Assembly: GCA_051294375.1 (NCBI GenBank)
Contig: CM119264.1
Coordinates: 11,445,832-11,509,831 of the forward strand
Direction of reading: 5' to 3'
DNA: 64,000 nt
DNA from: Paraspadella gotoi
Lineage: Eukaryota; Animalia; Chaetognatha
The position numbers were made by a program, and so were the translations under genes. Within the stretch, counting starts at the first letter, position 1; the number at the start of each line of letters is the position of its first letter. Under the pieces are notes generated by a model, which was not told where the DNA came from, searched no databases, and was given only the letters and a program-made list of their open reading frames with translations. Positions 35,873 to 47,398 of the stretch are shown here, one piece after another.

Positions 35873-38800
35873 ATGGGCGCTTCCAAGTCGCTTCCTCGCC
35901 CGCCCGAAGAGGGCTTGCCGTTTTTTTCCATGACGTTTTCCGGGAAGGGAAGTAAGTTCATAAATTACATGTCGTTCATCTGTTATAATGCTAAACATTG
36001 TTAAATATCATGTCAGTCCGCGATACTCTTATGCTCCACTACTGTCGCTCGAACGAGCTTGGCATGATCTTTGAGGCGCTGAAGGAGACTTGGCCACCAG
36101 GCATCAAGCATCACCAACCAAACGTGAGATTAATTTTGGAGGGAAGTGTGAAAGGAAAGCTGGAGGGGTGTAGTTATTTTTTATTTCAATACTGAACTGA
36201 ATAATCGCTTAGAAATCTAATACGTTTCCGTTCATTCTTCAGATCTTAAATTACAAAAGAAGTAATAGTGCAAATTTTTTGTAAATAAGAAAATACTGTA
36301 AAAACTCAAACTCAAACGTCAAATGCATATATCGATAATTTATGAAAAAAGAACTATGATAATTTTTTTTGCTTTGCAGTTGCAGTACGGTTACAGTATC
36401 AAACTCCAAGGCTCACCTTTTGAAGAAAATATCGGTGGTACATCTGAAACTGTTTGGGCAAGGAACTTTCTGGCCGATGCGTTTTTGAGGCTGGGTCGAA
36501 CAGGTACGTACATAGTTTGAAAGTTTGAGAGTTTGAGAGAGAGAGAGAGAGAGAGAGAGACTTAGCTGGAACTTCATTATCCAAGGCTGGGTCCCTCTGA
36601 TGTCCTCCGACCTGCGCCGCATGGGCGACACTTCTACCGTCTTCGTGGAGCACAAACCGGAATTGGCCAAGATCTTCGAGGGCGCGGAGAGAGTGGCCGT
36701 CGTGGGTCTTCATGAATCCACCAAATTGCAGATCCTCAATCTGGATGGCGAGACGGTGATTAGTCAGAGTTGACGAAAGAAAAGCCTTTCGTAAAAACGA
36801 ATTTGACGTTGAATTCTTTTCATTCTTTTCATTGATGTAAAATGCTTTCGGTTATTCGCGAAAGGTGAAACTTCTCTTCGACGTCGTCCGGAAATCCTGG
36901 CACAAGTCCGTTTCCATCGAAGACAAGAAAACGCAGCAAAAAAATAATTTCGAGTCGATCGAGTATCAGGTGATCATCAAGACTGCCGATATTGTCGTCG
37001 TTGTCATTGACATCTATTTCATCACTAATGCAGCATATTTTATGCCGCTTCTAACCAAAACTCAAAAATACATTTTTTGTCGATCTGTCAAGAGTTTTGG
37101 TCCGCCTATTATCTATTCGGGAGCTTCAAAAAAAAAAAGCAAACAATATAGAATCAGTCTTGCATTAATTCTTGACACTCAGTTGTTTTCACTTAATTTA
37201 ATTCTTGTTTTCTTTGAAAAAAAAATTTACATTTTTTTGTCGATCTGTCAAATCTGTTGTTCTGTCTATTATCCATATGGGGACCTTCAAAAATATAAGC
37301 AAAGAACATAGAATAATTTTTGCATTGATCCATGTCAGTTGTCACTCATCTGTTTGAACTTTTTTTTTTTTAATTCTCGTTTTCTCTGAAGGAAATCACG
37401 TTCGATGGGGGACCATGGGGTTTGGTGCCGGACGAACGCGAGGCTTCTAATGGACGACTGGCAGTCATGAGAATCATCGAAGCGTTGGCCTCTCTGGTTC
37501 GTAAACATCGGAAAAATGTTTTTCGTTTCAATTTCAAAGTCTTGATATCCAACTTTTAAAGGGATGGCGTTTGATCCTCAACTGCAATATCCGACCAACG
37601 ACGGACACGCTCTTCTTTGTCAAAGATCCCTTCATGACGACGAGAGAGTTCGGCGCCGGCGCCGCCATGTTTGGAATGGGTTTCCACAAGAGGAATGAGC
37701 TCAGGATATTAGTTATGAACTAAGTAGGGATTGATTTAAAAGATTTCTTGCAGGTGTAGTTTTGATCTGTCTACAGACATGGTTTCTACATTTTGATGAC
37801 ATTTTATAATAAGTATTAAAAAATGATTAATTAGAAAGCCGCATGCCGTATTGCATGATATTCAAAATCAGCTCGCCTTTCTACATATTTAACACATTAT
37901 TTCTTGTTGCAACATTTATGAGATGTTCATTTTTTTTTCTCCAGGTCGAACGCCAGACGATGAAAATTGGCAGCATCTGGTGGTTGATGCCATTTCCAAC
38001 GCTATCAAATCCAATTGGCATCAAGGATTGGCCTGTTCTGAACAAAAGGCAACAAAAATTTTATATTGCCTAATTCCAACTTAAGCAATCATACTAGTAA
38101 ATTTGATACACAATCATTGCGCAGCAGGAGAGGTCTAATTTGTATGCAATGCATACTATGCAATATGCATACTATGCATACTTTTACTCGCAGGAGGACT
38201 TTTACTGCTTTGAAATAAAAGGCACTCCTTGGTGGGCTGACGGTACCTCGGCCGTCTACGCTAGACTTCTGTTCGCCAAGGTCCTCGAGTCTCTGATGAA
38301 AATCGGTTGGAGAGTCAATTCGACGGTGGATTGTTCTCGGAAGGACAACGACAAGAACGCCTGCTTCTTCCAGAGATGCCACCCGGTCGAAGCCAAAGTC
38401 ATAGTCGTAAGAAATATTTTAAATAAATTATAATCTTTTATTAATTATTTATTTTAATGACAATTTAGTTATAATTTAGCTTAAATAATTTTTTTTAATC
38501 TCAGAATATTTAAATAATACATATAAAATTATATTTAAACATGGAAAATCACATGGACGGATATTCCACATAGAAAGCTGCTTTTCACCCTCCAGCTGAG
38601 CTTCAACGAGTCGGACAAGATCCGCGCCATAAATTGCCCTCAAGACGTCGTCGAGGCCGTCCACCAGGAGATCGAAGGATTTTGGGAAATCAGTCGCGTC
38701 CAACCCTTCGGCGCCGCCCACGAGTGGAAGTTAAAGGGGAATCCGTGGGACTTGGGTCATTGGCACAACAAAGGTTAAAGAAAAACAAAGACTTTGTTAT

Positions 38801-39543
38801 TTCACTCGAGACCCGGTAACTCATTGAGTGAAAGCTCATTGTCACTATGTCCTGGGTTTCAATCCCCATTCGTGAATCGTGAGGACGGCCGTGAACCTTT
38901 TTGGGGGCGGAGCGACCCCCCAAGAATGGTTCCATACCCAGGATATTGCTGGTGAGTGGACTAAGATTAAGTTATAATAGTTCTATGTATTTTCTACGCA
39001 CCTACGAAATAAAGTGAAAATTCGTTAAAAGAGCTGAAACAAGGAAGGTCAGGGACCAAGTAATCCATCTTCAACCAATTCTTTACAGCCCTGGCCATCC
39101 ACTTGTTGAACTTGCTGCACCGCAAAGGGTACGCCCTCCTGTGTTCAGCCGACACCTCCGCCAAGTTCGCTCGCAACCAATACGGCGTCGATTATCCACT
39201 CGACGTTCACTCGTGGTTCTTCGTCACCAAGGAAGAGCGAGCGAGGCTAACGACGCCAGACGGAGGCGCCGCCAACGCGGTGGCGCCGGTCAGAAAATGC
39301 AAATCGACTTCGGAATTCAAAATCCCCGACTCGTAGAAAAAAAGTAGAAATTCCTTTTTTTTTTTCTTTTTGCAGAATCCGCATCTTACCATAGAGGCGC
39401 CGCCCGCTTACACGTATCAGCCGCCATCGCCCAACGCTTCGCCGGCCTCCTCACGCCCCTCGACTCCCACAGCCGAGTCGGACTCAGCCCCGCCCCCTGA
39501 TCCATACAGGGTGCCGCAGTCTCTCTACCCTTCGCTCCAATAA
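35873..39543 (+). CDS. Uncharacterised four-repeat protein, paralog 1 (~567 aa): MGASKS myristoylation motif, four ~120-aa repeats, C-terminal PPAY and LYPSL
   Basis: Exons 35873-35951, 36017-36123, 36380-36503, 36586-36755, 36865-36969, 37392-37496, 37562-37712, 37945-38048, 38194-38406, 38596-38773, 39089-39288, 39376-39543 (1704 nt). Exon-for-exon homology with paralog 2. Repeat consensus S/G-F/L-H/N-E-xDxIR...W...K-L-x-G-x-P-W...L...G-W/Y...F-F. Two donors are non-canonical (after 37712 and 38048). Confidence 0.85.
38808..38965 (+). mobile_element. tRNA-derived SINE-like insertion in intron 10 of paralog 1
   Basis: A-box-like gacccggtaactcattgagtgaaagc, B-box-like gggtttcaatccc, and a strong hairpin ttgggggcggagcgacccccaa. 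The equivalent paralog-2 intron is much shorter and lacks it. Confidence 0.4.
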
Positions 39544-40338
39544 GAGAAGAACTAAAATAATGTATTAATAGCGTTGTAGAACCTTGGGCAAAGTGACCGT
39601 GGGGAATGACCGACTCTGAGAAAGAGGAGAGAGGAAGGGTTTAGAGAGAGAGACCGGTCGTAAGTCGCCTCAGCATTATGATTATATGTATTTTATCCTT
39701 TACAATTCTTTAACTTAAAAGGCTTTGGAGTTTGGCTTTGGATTCTACTGGTACTTTATCTCCTATTACTGTAGTACATAATTTCAAATATTTTTCATGA
39801 AATTGTTCCAAAAATAAAAAGCTATTTTGCCCAGGACTTTGGACAGGCTATGCGTATTGCCTAAGTTGGGTTAAGACCATCCATCTTATTGAATGAATTG
39901 AAGTCTTAAATGATCAAAACAATTTCAATCAAGACCCCTCTTTCTTTCCACTTAATTTGCCTTCGCTCACTTAAAAAAGATTAGCCGAGATTCATAGTCC
40001 GCGGATAAAAGTACATAGCTCTTGAGAGAGAGAGAGAGAGACATTAACATTTTTGTCGTCATCGCCCCTTTAAGTTTAAGTTTTCGTCGTTTAGGCTTTA
40101 GCAGTCGGTTGGAATATAACTACGTACTAACTTGAAAGTCAAAAAGAAATAAAAGTTTTGAAATAAAATTACTAAAAAAAAAATATCGGTGTCAAAATTT
40201 TTATTTCTAAAATTTACAATAATAATAAGCGGACCAAAAGTCCAAATCGAATTCATCTACGTACTAATAGATTTCGAACAAGTATAATTTATGAGCAGAC
40301 TCTAGTCTAGAGCCGAAGTCGAATCCGCTCACCGCGAA

Positions 40339-42777
40339 ATGGCTGCAGGTCACTCTTGGTCGACCGTTCTGTATTTCTGGTTTCATTTCTTCGTCTTCCT
40401 TCCACTTTTTCATTTCTTCGATTTTTGCCACCGTGTCTCCTCAACATTCAACTCGGCCGTGGACGACGACCTCATTGACGTTCGAAGGATCCTCTGGTGT
40501 CACAACCTCAGAGTCGGACTTGGCGACGCCTTCGAGAACGTCGTCCACGTTCACGCTCGTTACGAGCGCGCGCGTGAATTCGCGTGGAAAGATCCCGACG
40601 TCCACTTGTTCCATCTTTCTGAAAAGGGCGCCATTTTTATTCGGACCACGAAAGGTGAGGAAGATTTAAAAAGGAAGTCTGAATAATTTGACTGAACAGT
40701 GCTGTTTCGTCCAAATTATTCAGTGTTCAGTAGAGTGGAGCACTTTTTTGAGTGAAGAAACAAGGATATTTAGACGTGAGATCGTATGCTTAACGGGTAC
40801 AAAAATTTTTTTGCTTATATTGTTTGGGGAACACGAACAGTATCATTAATTCTAATATTTTTATAGTAATATCCTTATAAAATAATAAATTTTCAAAATG
40901 GATAATTTTTATATTGGTTGTACGTACTAATTTCATAAGTTATTAAAAATTCAAATCTCTTCTGCGTCAAAAACGAAAAAAGAGGTCAAAATTCTTTACT
41001 TTTTTACTCTCTATAGTAGAAACTATAATATGAAGATAGCAGCTGTATCCTAAAAATATCATTAAACATATTTTACAAAAGTTTTTCAGTTTTTTCCTGC
41101 GAATCCTGTTCTTGTTCTTAAAATTGAAAAAGTATGATTTTAAAATTTTATTATTTTTTAAGGACTTTACTAAAGTATAAAGAAAATTTAATTCATGGTA
41201 CTGTTATGCAAATTTTTTTGAAAAAGGTTTTAATTCTTTTTTATTACATATACAAGCTATATATTACAAAGGCAACAAAAAAAACAGCCGCCACAGCTCC
41301 ATCGCTCAATCATTTCATCGTTCGATCGTTCAGTGTTTAGATCAGTTTTAATCTTTTATTACTCTCAAGGTGTCGACATCTACAGCTCCAGCGTGAGTCC
41401 CTTTTGTTTTATTTCACTCGTGGAACACGCCGAGGAGTTCGGACTCGTACCTCTAGAGGTCTTTCGCCGAATCGCGTCCGACGAAACCGAAAAACTGTCA
41501 GCCGCCAAAGATCAAAATGGAGCACCAGGGAAAAATAGGTTGTCTTTGGAAAACAAAAAGGTGATCCTCATAGGCTCAGTGGCCCGCAGCGGCAGCACCC
41601 TAATCCTCCAGCACTTCGAGGACCTCCGCGGTTGTCAGGCGATAAGCGAACCTCCGGCATTCATCAATCTCGCCGCTATGACAGTCTCCGATGCTTCCAG
41701 GACGAACCTCTTCCGACACGTGCTCTTTTTCGTTGCAAAGGCCCTCTATCGGCGGCCGGACGTCGAAATTGTCGCCATCAAACTACCCGTGCCGACGCCG
41801 TGGATCTTGGCGGACGCGATAAGAGAGAGGAAGGCGTTCCCGTTCGACGCACGTTTCCTTTTTACTTACAGAAATCCCGTGCCGATGATGAATTCCTGGT
41901 TAAGACTAGAGACTGAAATCCATTCGGATCCGCAGGTTCGCACCCTCTGGCGTCCTGTTTGTCTATCTGTCTGTCTCTTACTTGATCATTCTCCACCAGG
42001 GATACGCAAAGCAGCTTCCGATCATCGGCCGTTTCTTTCCTGACTCCTACGGTTTCCGCATTGGCGTCGCGATGCCAAGTCTCGCCATTTCCGGTTTGAG
42101 ACGCGTCGTGGGGGACGCTTACTGGCGCTACCGATTCGCGTGGTGGACGAGCGAATTGATGTTGGAACCAGACAAGGAATTCTTAACGACGACTTCCGAT
42201 GGTCGAAAGGTGGTAGTGCATTGTTTCTTTAGGTCGCCTGTTTTTTTTGTCTTGAACAATAGAAAAAGAACTGCGCAGAAAGCTTTTAATTTAGGTTAAG
42301 AAAAAAGAAGATATTAGTTACATCAATACCCGTTTCCAGGCGTCGGTGGGATCGAACTCTTTGACGGGTCACTTCTTTGCTTTCTACATGGCACCTATGT
42401 TGACGATGATGGAACTGCTTAAGAGCGATGAGTTTCAGAATGTGATTCTGCCTATACGCTACGAGGTCCTGACGACGATGCCAGAGATGTGGACGACGAA
42501 GATGTTGCCCTTTTGCGGGATCGCTGCTGCGGCGGCGTCTGCGGCGGGGTCTGCGGCGGCGTCCTCGGCGATACAGAGGGATTCTCAACGCGAAAGCAAG
42601 TACAGCCAAATACGGATGTCTTCCCATGCGACGAAGTTGCTGCCCGAAGATATTGAGAAGCTCGACGAAGTCGTCAGGGCTGCCGGGTTCGCCCAAGGGT
42701 TGAGAGCCTTGGAACGTGATTTCTTGAGAAGTGGTGGCTCGCCTTTGGCGCGCAAAAAAGTCGCGTTTGAAATATAG
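40339..42777 (+). CDS. P-loop sulfotransferase-like protein (~509 aa) with hydrophobic N-terminal anchor
   Basis: Exons 40339-40654, 41370-41935, 42000-42209, 42340-42777 (1530 nt, in frame). 5'-PSB-like VILIGSVARSGSTLI, AISEP, 3'-PB-like FLFTYRNPVPMMNSW, and IRYEVL. Confidence 0.8.
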
Positions 42778-42997
42778 TCGAAACTTTTTCGAGAGACTAG
42801 CTAATTTTTTATACGTAGGGTTTCGTATAATTTACAACTATCCGAAATATCTAGTCTCAAAAGATTGAGTAAGATATATTGTTGTTACAACCATAAATAC
42901 ATCTTTTTAATGAAACATGATTTTTTGTCACTGCACCGGTGCAGAGATGCTCGTTACTTCCATGTATTTCTAACGTAGGTCGCAATAATACGTAATA

Positions 42998-43229
42998 GTA
43001 TGGCAACAGCAGGGATGCCTGAGATGCCCATAAGGATCTCACTGTTGGCTTGAGGGGCTGCCGACCCTCAGTGACGACTCCAGTCACTGGCGCGTTTACC
43101 CTAGGTCGGTCTCGCTTTGCCAGTACAGGGAAGTCGTTAGGACTGTGGACGGATCACAACGCTGAGCCAATTGGATTTACTGAATGATGGTGGATGTGAG
43201 GCGATGTGAATCGTTGTCGCAAAACTGAA
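42998..43229. repeat. Structured ~230-270 bp interspersed repeat, copy A
   Basis: Homologous to 61835-62110 (gtatggcaacagc..gcctg.gatgcc..atctcac..tggcttg.gggg..cgaccct.agtgacg..tggcgcg.ttaccctagg..cgctttgcc..aggactgt..gaggcg.tgtgaat). A 5' fragment is at ~2485-2515. Confidence 0.75.
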
Positions 43230-43504
43230 ATTATGGTCTAAACTAAAGATTAATACTTTCTAATAAGGTGCTTCTATTAAAAGTAACCTAAAAATGTATA
43301 AGTATAAAATGAATGAATTATATTTATTATATAGATACATAATTATACATACATATATACATTACATATATAACCAGTAAAGCGTAGCAAAATATTAAAA
43401 TTAAATAGAATGAAAATTCGAATAGTAGATCACGAACATTTTTAATTAAAAAAAGTTAATTTTTATTTTTCAATTTTCGCATACGCCTATATTTATAAAA
43501 AGTA

Positions 43505-44133
43505 CTCACCATAGAAAATGTTAAAATTGTAAAATGTTTTTTTCTTATTTTTAAAAGCAGATTAGAATTCCTGACGAAAAGTTAATTAAAGGAAATATAA
43601 CTCTTTTTAAAAAAATATTTTAATTAAGTGGGTCAAAATCCTAAAAAAATATTATTATTAACATATATCTATTAGAAAACTAGGACAGATAGTAATCTAA
43701 CCTTGTGTTGTATAGATGCTCCCTCTATTTCCAGAAGACAACACTGACTTCCCCTTCCCAAATTGAATTATTAGATAAATAAAACATTTTTAAGAAAGAA
43801 AGCAATATATATTTGATTAAATAATAAGATTAAATACTAAATCCTTCATAAAAAAATCTTAAAAGCATAAGGAATCGAGCCTACTTTTGATGATAACCAA
43901 ATATTGATGCGATGATAACCAAATATTGATGCGATGATAACCAATAATTGATGCGATGATAATAAAATAACTGATGTGATGATAATCAAATGATTGATGC
44001 GATGATAGTCATTCATTGATGTGATGATAATCATTCATTGATATGATGATAATCATTCATTGATGCGATGATAGTCATTCATTGACGCGATGAGTCATTC
44101 ATCGTAAATAAAACAACAAATGCGTGTATGAAT

Positions 44134-44183
<50 letters not shown>

Positions 44184-44886
44184 TGAGAGAGGCTGGTCAG
44201 TTTTTCACTCTCGTTTATATAAAGTATAATCAGAAGCTGGACCGCCCTGCAGAGCTGAACTCGTTTTTCGACGTATCTGAGTAGGGACGAACTCTTTTCC
44301 TTTCCTTTGAATGAAATTTTAGATTGTTCTTTTTTTTAAGAAGAAACCAGACCGAGGTCAAATTTCATATTTGCATATTTAACTAATTTATAAATATTTA
44401 TCCCAACTCAAATAATTATTATTTTAAAAAAGAATAAAAATGATTAAATATATACACTAAAAAAAATTTACAATTTTAAAATTGTAAAAATTATTAGAAT
44501 AACAAAAAAAGTAATGTTTAATTTGACAATATCTCTCTTCTCAACTCCTATTTTAGATATAATTTGCCAATAGTGGGCCGACCGGTCCAAAGTTACAGTA
44601 ATAAACAAAAACAAAAAAAATTTTTTTGTTAGAAAGTTATATATGTAATTAAATTAATCCGCGCAATTGCCGGACATATAGCAGCTATATGTACAGCAGC
44701 AAGCTGATGTACATGTGACATTGCCTGCATTATAAGTTATTTTCCTTTTTTCTAAAAGGAATTCATGAAAATCTCGGATGTAAATTTGGGATTTTTGTAT
44801 AGAGAAAAAAAAATAAATGGCGATAATAAAAGTTTTTAGAAGGAAAAAAATAATAAGAATTTTTCAAAAAACGAACGGTCGTACAT

Positions 44887-44924
<38 letters not shown>

Positions 44925-45116
44925 TGAAAAAAAAGTGACTAAAAATTTTTTTTTTGTAAAAAAAAAAAAGAGAGAAGAGAGAGAGAGATAGAGAGAGCCG
45001 GAACTCGTTTACTCGTCGCGCAGTGACGGAGGTAAAAAAAAGGTGACTAAAAATTATTTTTGTACAAAAAAAAGAGATAGAAAGAGAGAAAGAGAGAGAG
45101 AGACAGATAGAGAGAA

Positions 45117-45159
<43 letters not shown>

Positions 45160-45220
45160 AACACGTGTTTACTCGTTTACAAGTGAATAAATTTTTTTTT
45201 GTAAAAAAAAAAAAGAGAGA

Positions 45221-45269
<49 letters not shown>

Positions 45270-45270
45270 C

Positions 45271-45311
<41 letters not shown>

Positions 45312-45656
45312 TTTTTCCGCCAACGATACGCAATATTAGGTCACTCTTGTTTATATCGGCGTGATCTCGGTCAAGTTGATTTTTTTTATACACGTAACGC
45401 GTTATTAGGTCATGTTCCTCGACATTGTTTACTCGTTGCCCTGCAACGGCCACGAAATCCAGGTGAAGTTAGTTATTCTTCACATTTTCTCAAAAAATCC
45501 ACGAAAATCTCAGATGTAAATTTGGGATTTTGTATTGAGAAAGAAGCGCGGAATAAATGGCGATAATAAAAGTTTTTAGAAGGAAAGAAATAATAAGAAT
45601 TTTTCAAAAAACGGTGGTAAAACAAAGTGAATAATTTTTTTTTGTAAAAAAAAAAA

Positions 45657-45710
<54 letters not shown>

Positions 45711-46757
45711 GGAGGGAGACGGAGGGAGAGAGAGAGAGAGCCTGAACTCGTTTTTTTTAAACGATTCAGAAAAGGCAGCGCCTGATCAAATATATATGTT
45801 TTTAGAAAGAAAAAAATAATCAGAATTTTTCAAAAAACGAACGATCACGCAAGAGATCGCACACAAAGAGAGACAGAGAGAAACTGAACTCGTTTTTAAA
45901 CGATTCAGAAAAGGCAGCGCCTAAAAAATAATATATATAATTAAAAAATAAATAAAAGAAAGGCAAAAAATGTTACAATGGTTTACAATTGGAAACTTTT
46001 CCAATTTTTTCCAATCGCAGCTTGTAAAAGATTTTATTTTTATTTGTATTAAAATTAAGATATAGCTTCTCATTAAAAAAATCCTTTGAGTTCCCATTTT
46101 TATTAAAAATTTAAAAAAAATTTTTTGAATTTCATCTTCAATATTATATACTGCAATATGTAAATTAGCTTAAAGCATTTCTATATACTAATTTGGATAT
46201 TATAATGAGTACTATAATCTCATTTGCATATTGCAGTAAATCATAATGAAGTGGAAATTCAAACAAAAATATTAAATCCAAATGTAATATGAAAATATCA
46301 CAGCTATTTCAAGATGAAAAGCCATATCTAAATTTTTAACTTACTATGATCGCACACTTTTGTAAAACTTTATCATAATTCATAATAATTTTTATTTTAA
46401 AAAAAACGGTAAGTCACAGCCAAACCTATAAAAGCGTAGTAGTTTTTATATATGAAAACAGCGTGACCACGACGACGACGACGACGACGTCACAAAGAAG
46501 CAACCCTAAAACATTATAGAGCCTGACCCGGCTTCGCCGGTCAAGGCTCGATAAAAATATAAAAATAGAAAATAGTGAAACAAGTAATTTGCAAATTTTC
46601 ATAATAAAATTTTAGTATAAAAAATATAGTTTTTTGGCTAACTAAATAAAATAATTTTTTATTAAGACTTATATTTTCGTATATCAACTTTTTATAAGGA
46701 ATTCGAATCTGCTTTCAAAACTAAGAAAAAAATTATTTTAAAATTTTCTTTGGTGAG
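43505..46757. mobile_element. ~3.25 kb non-autonomous DNA element with ~110 bp imperfect terminal inverted repeats
   Basis: 43505 CTCACCATAGAAAATG...TTTTAAAAGCAGATTAGAATTCCTGACGAAAAGTT versus the reverse complement of 46645-46757, CTCACCAAAGAAAATT...TTTTGAAAGCAGATTCGAATTCCTTATAAAAAGTT. The interior holds a minisatellite, (GA)n and internal duplications; no transposase ORF. Confidence 0.6.
43886..44103. repeat. 21-22 bp minisatellite (TTGATGCGATGATAACCAAATA grading into TTGATGCGATGATAGTCATTCA), about 10 units
   Basis: Tandem units read directly from the sequence. Confidence 0.9.
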
Positions 46758-47398
46758 CCTTAATATACATTATATATACATTTTAAAATGTGTACATCTT
46801 TAATGATAACTTTTAACCGGACCCAATGCAACTGTTATACTAATAAAATGTTTTCACTAATTATTTGGACAAACGTTGAACCTTCTCTTTTCTTGTTTTG
46901 ACAACAAACAAAGAGACGAACTACAGCAGGATCCGCAGCTGCTGCGCGCTTCTCCCGGGAAAAGCCTGGTAACGCAACCAACCCGACGCATCTATATTTA
47001 ATATGAAATCAATAGTCCTTTGAAATGCTTTGCCTAAACAAATAGAGAGAAAATTGATTGTCTGGTTAAGTCCGTTTTGAAAATTCGATGAAGCAGTCCG
47101 ATTTCAGGATCTGGAACTCCCTGTGTGGCAACAGATTCCTGGCACGAAGATTCTGTGCTTTGCACGAACAAAAAAAAAACTTGTTTGATTTCGAGAAAAA
47201 GTGAGTTAACAAACCTGCTCCGGTGATCATGCAAAAAAACAAATTCGCTTTATAGCATCTGTAAATTACATAGCACCCAAATAAATACTTCTTTAAAAAA
47301 TTTAAACGCACGCTACTTACAAATAGAATTTATAAATGATTCACCTCTTAGAATCAGGCTAAAATCATTACAATTAACGACTTAATTATTTTATAAAA

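Noticed and set aside
43886-44103. CRISPR-like periodicity
   Set aside because: Contiguous tandem units with no unique spacers, eukaryotic context and no cas genes.
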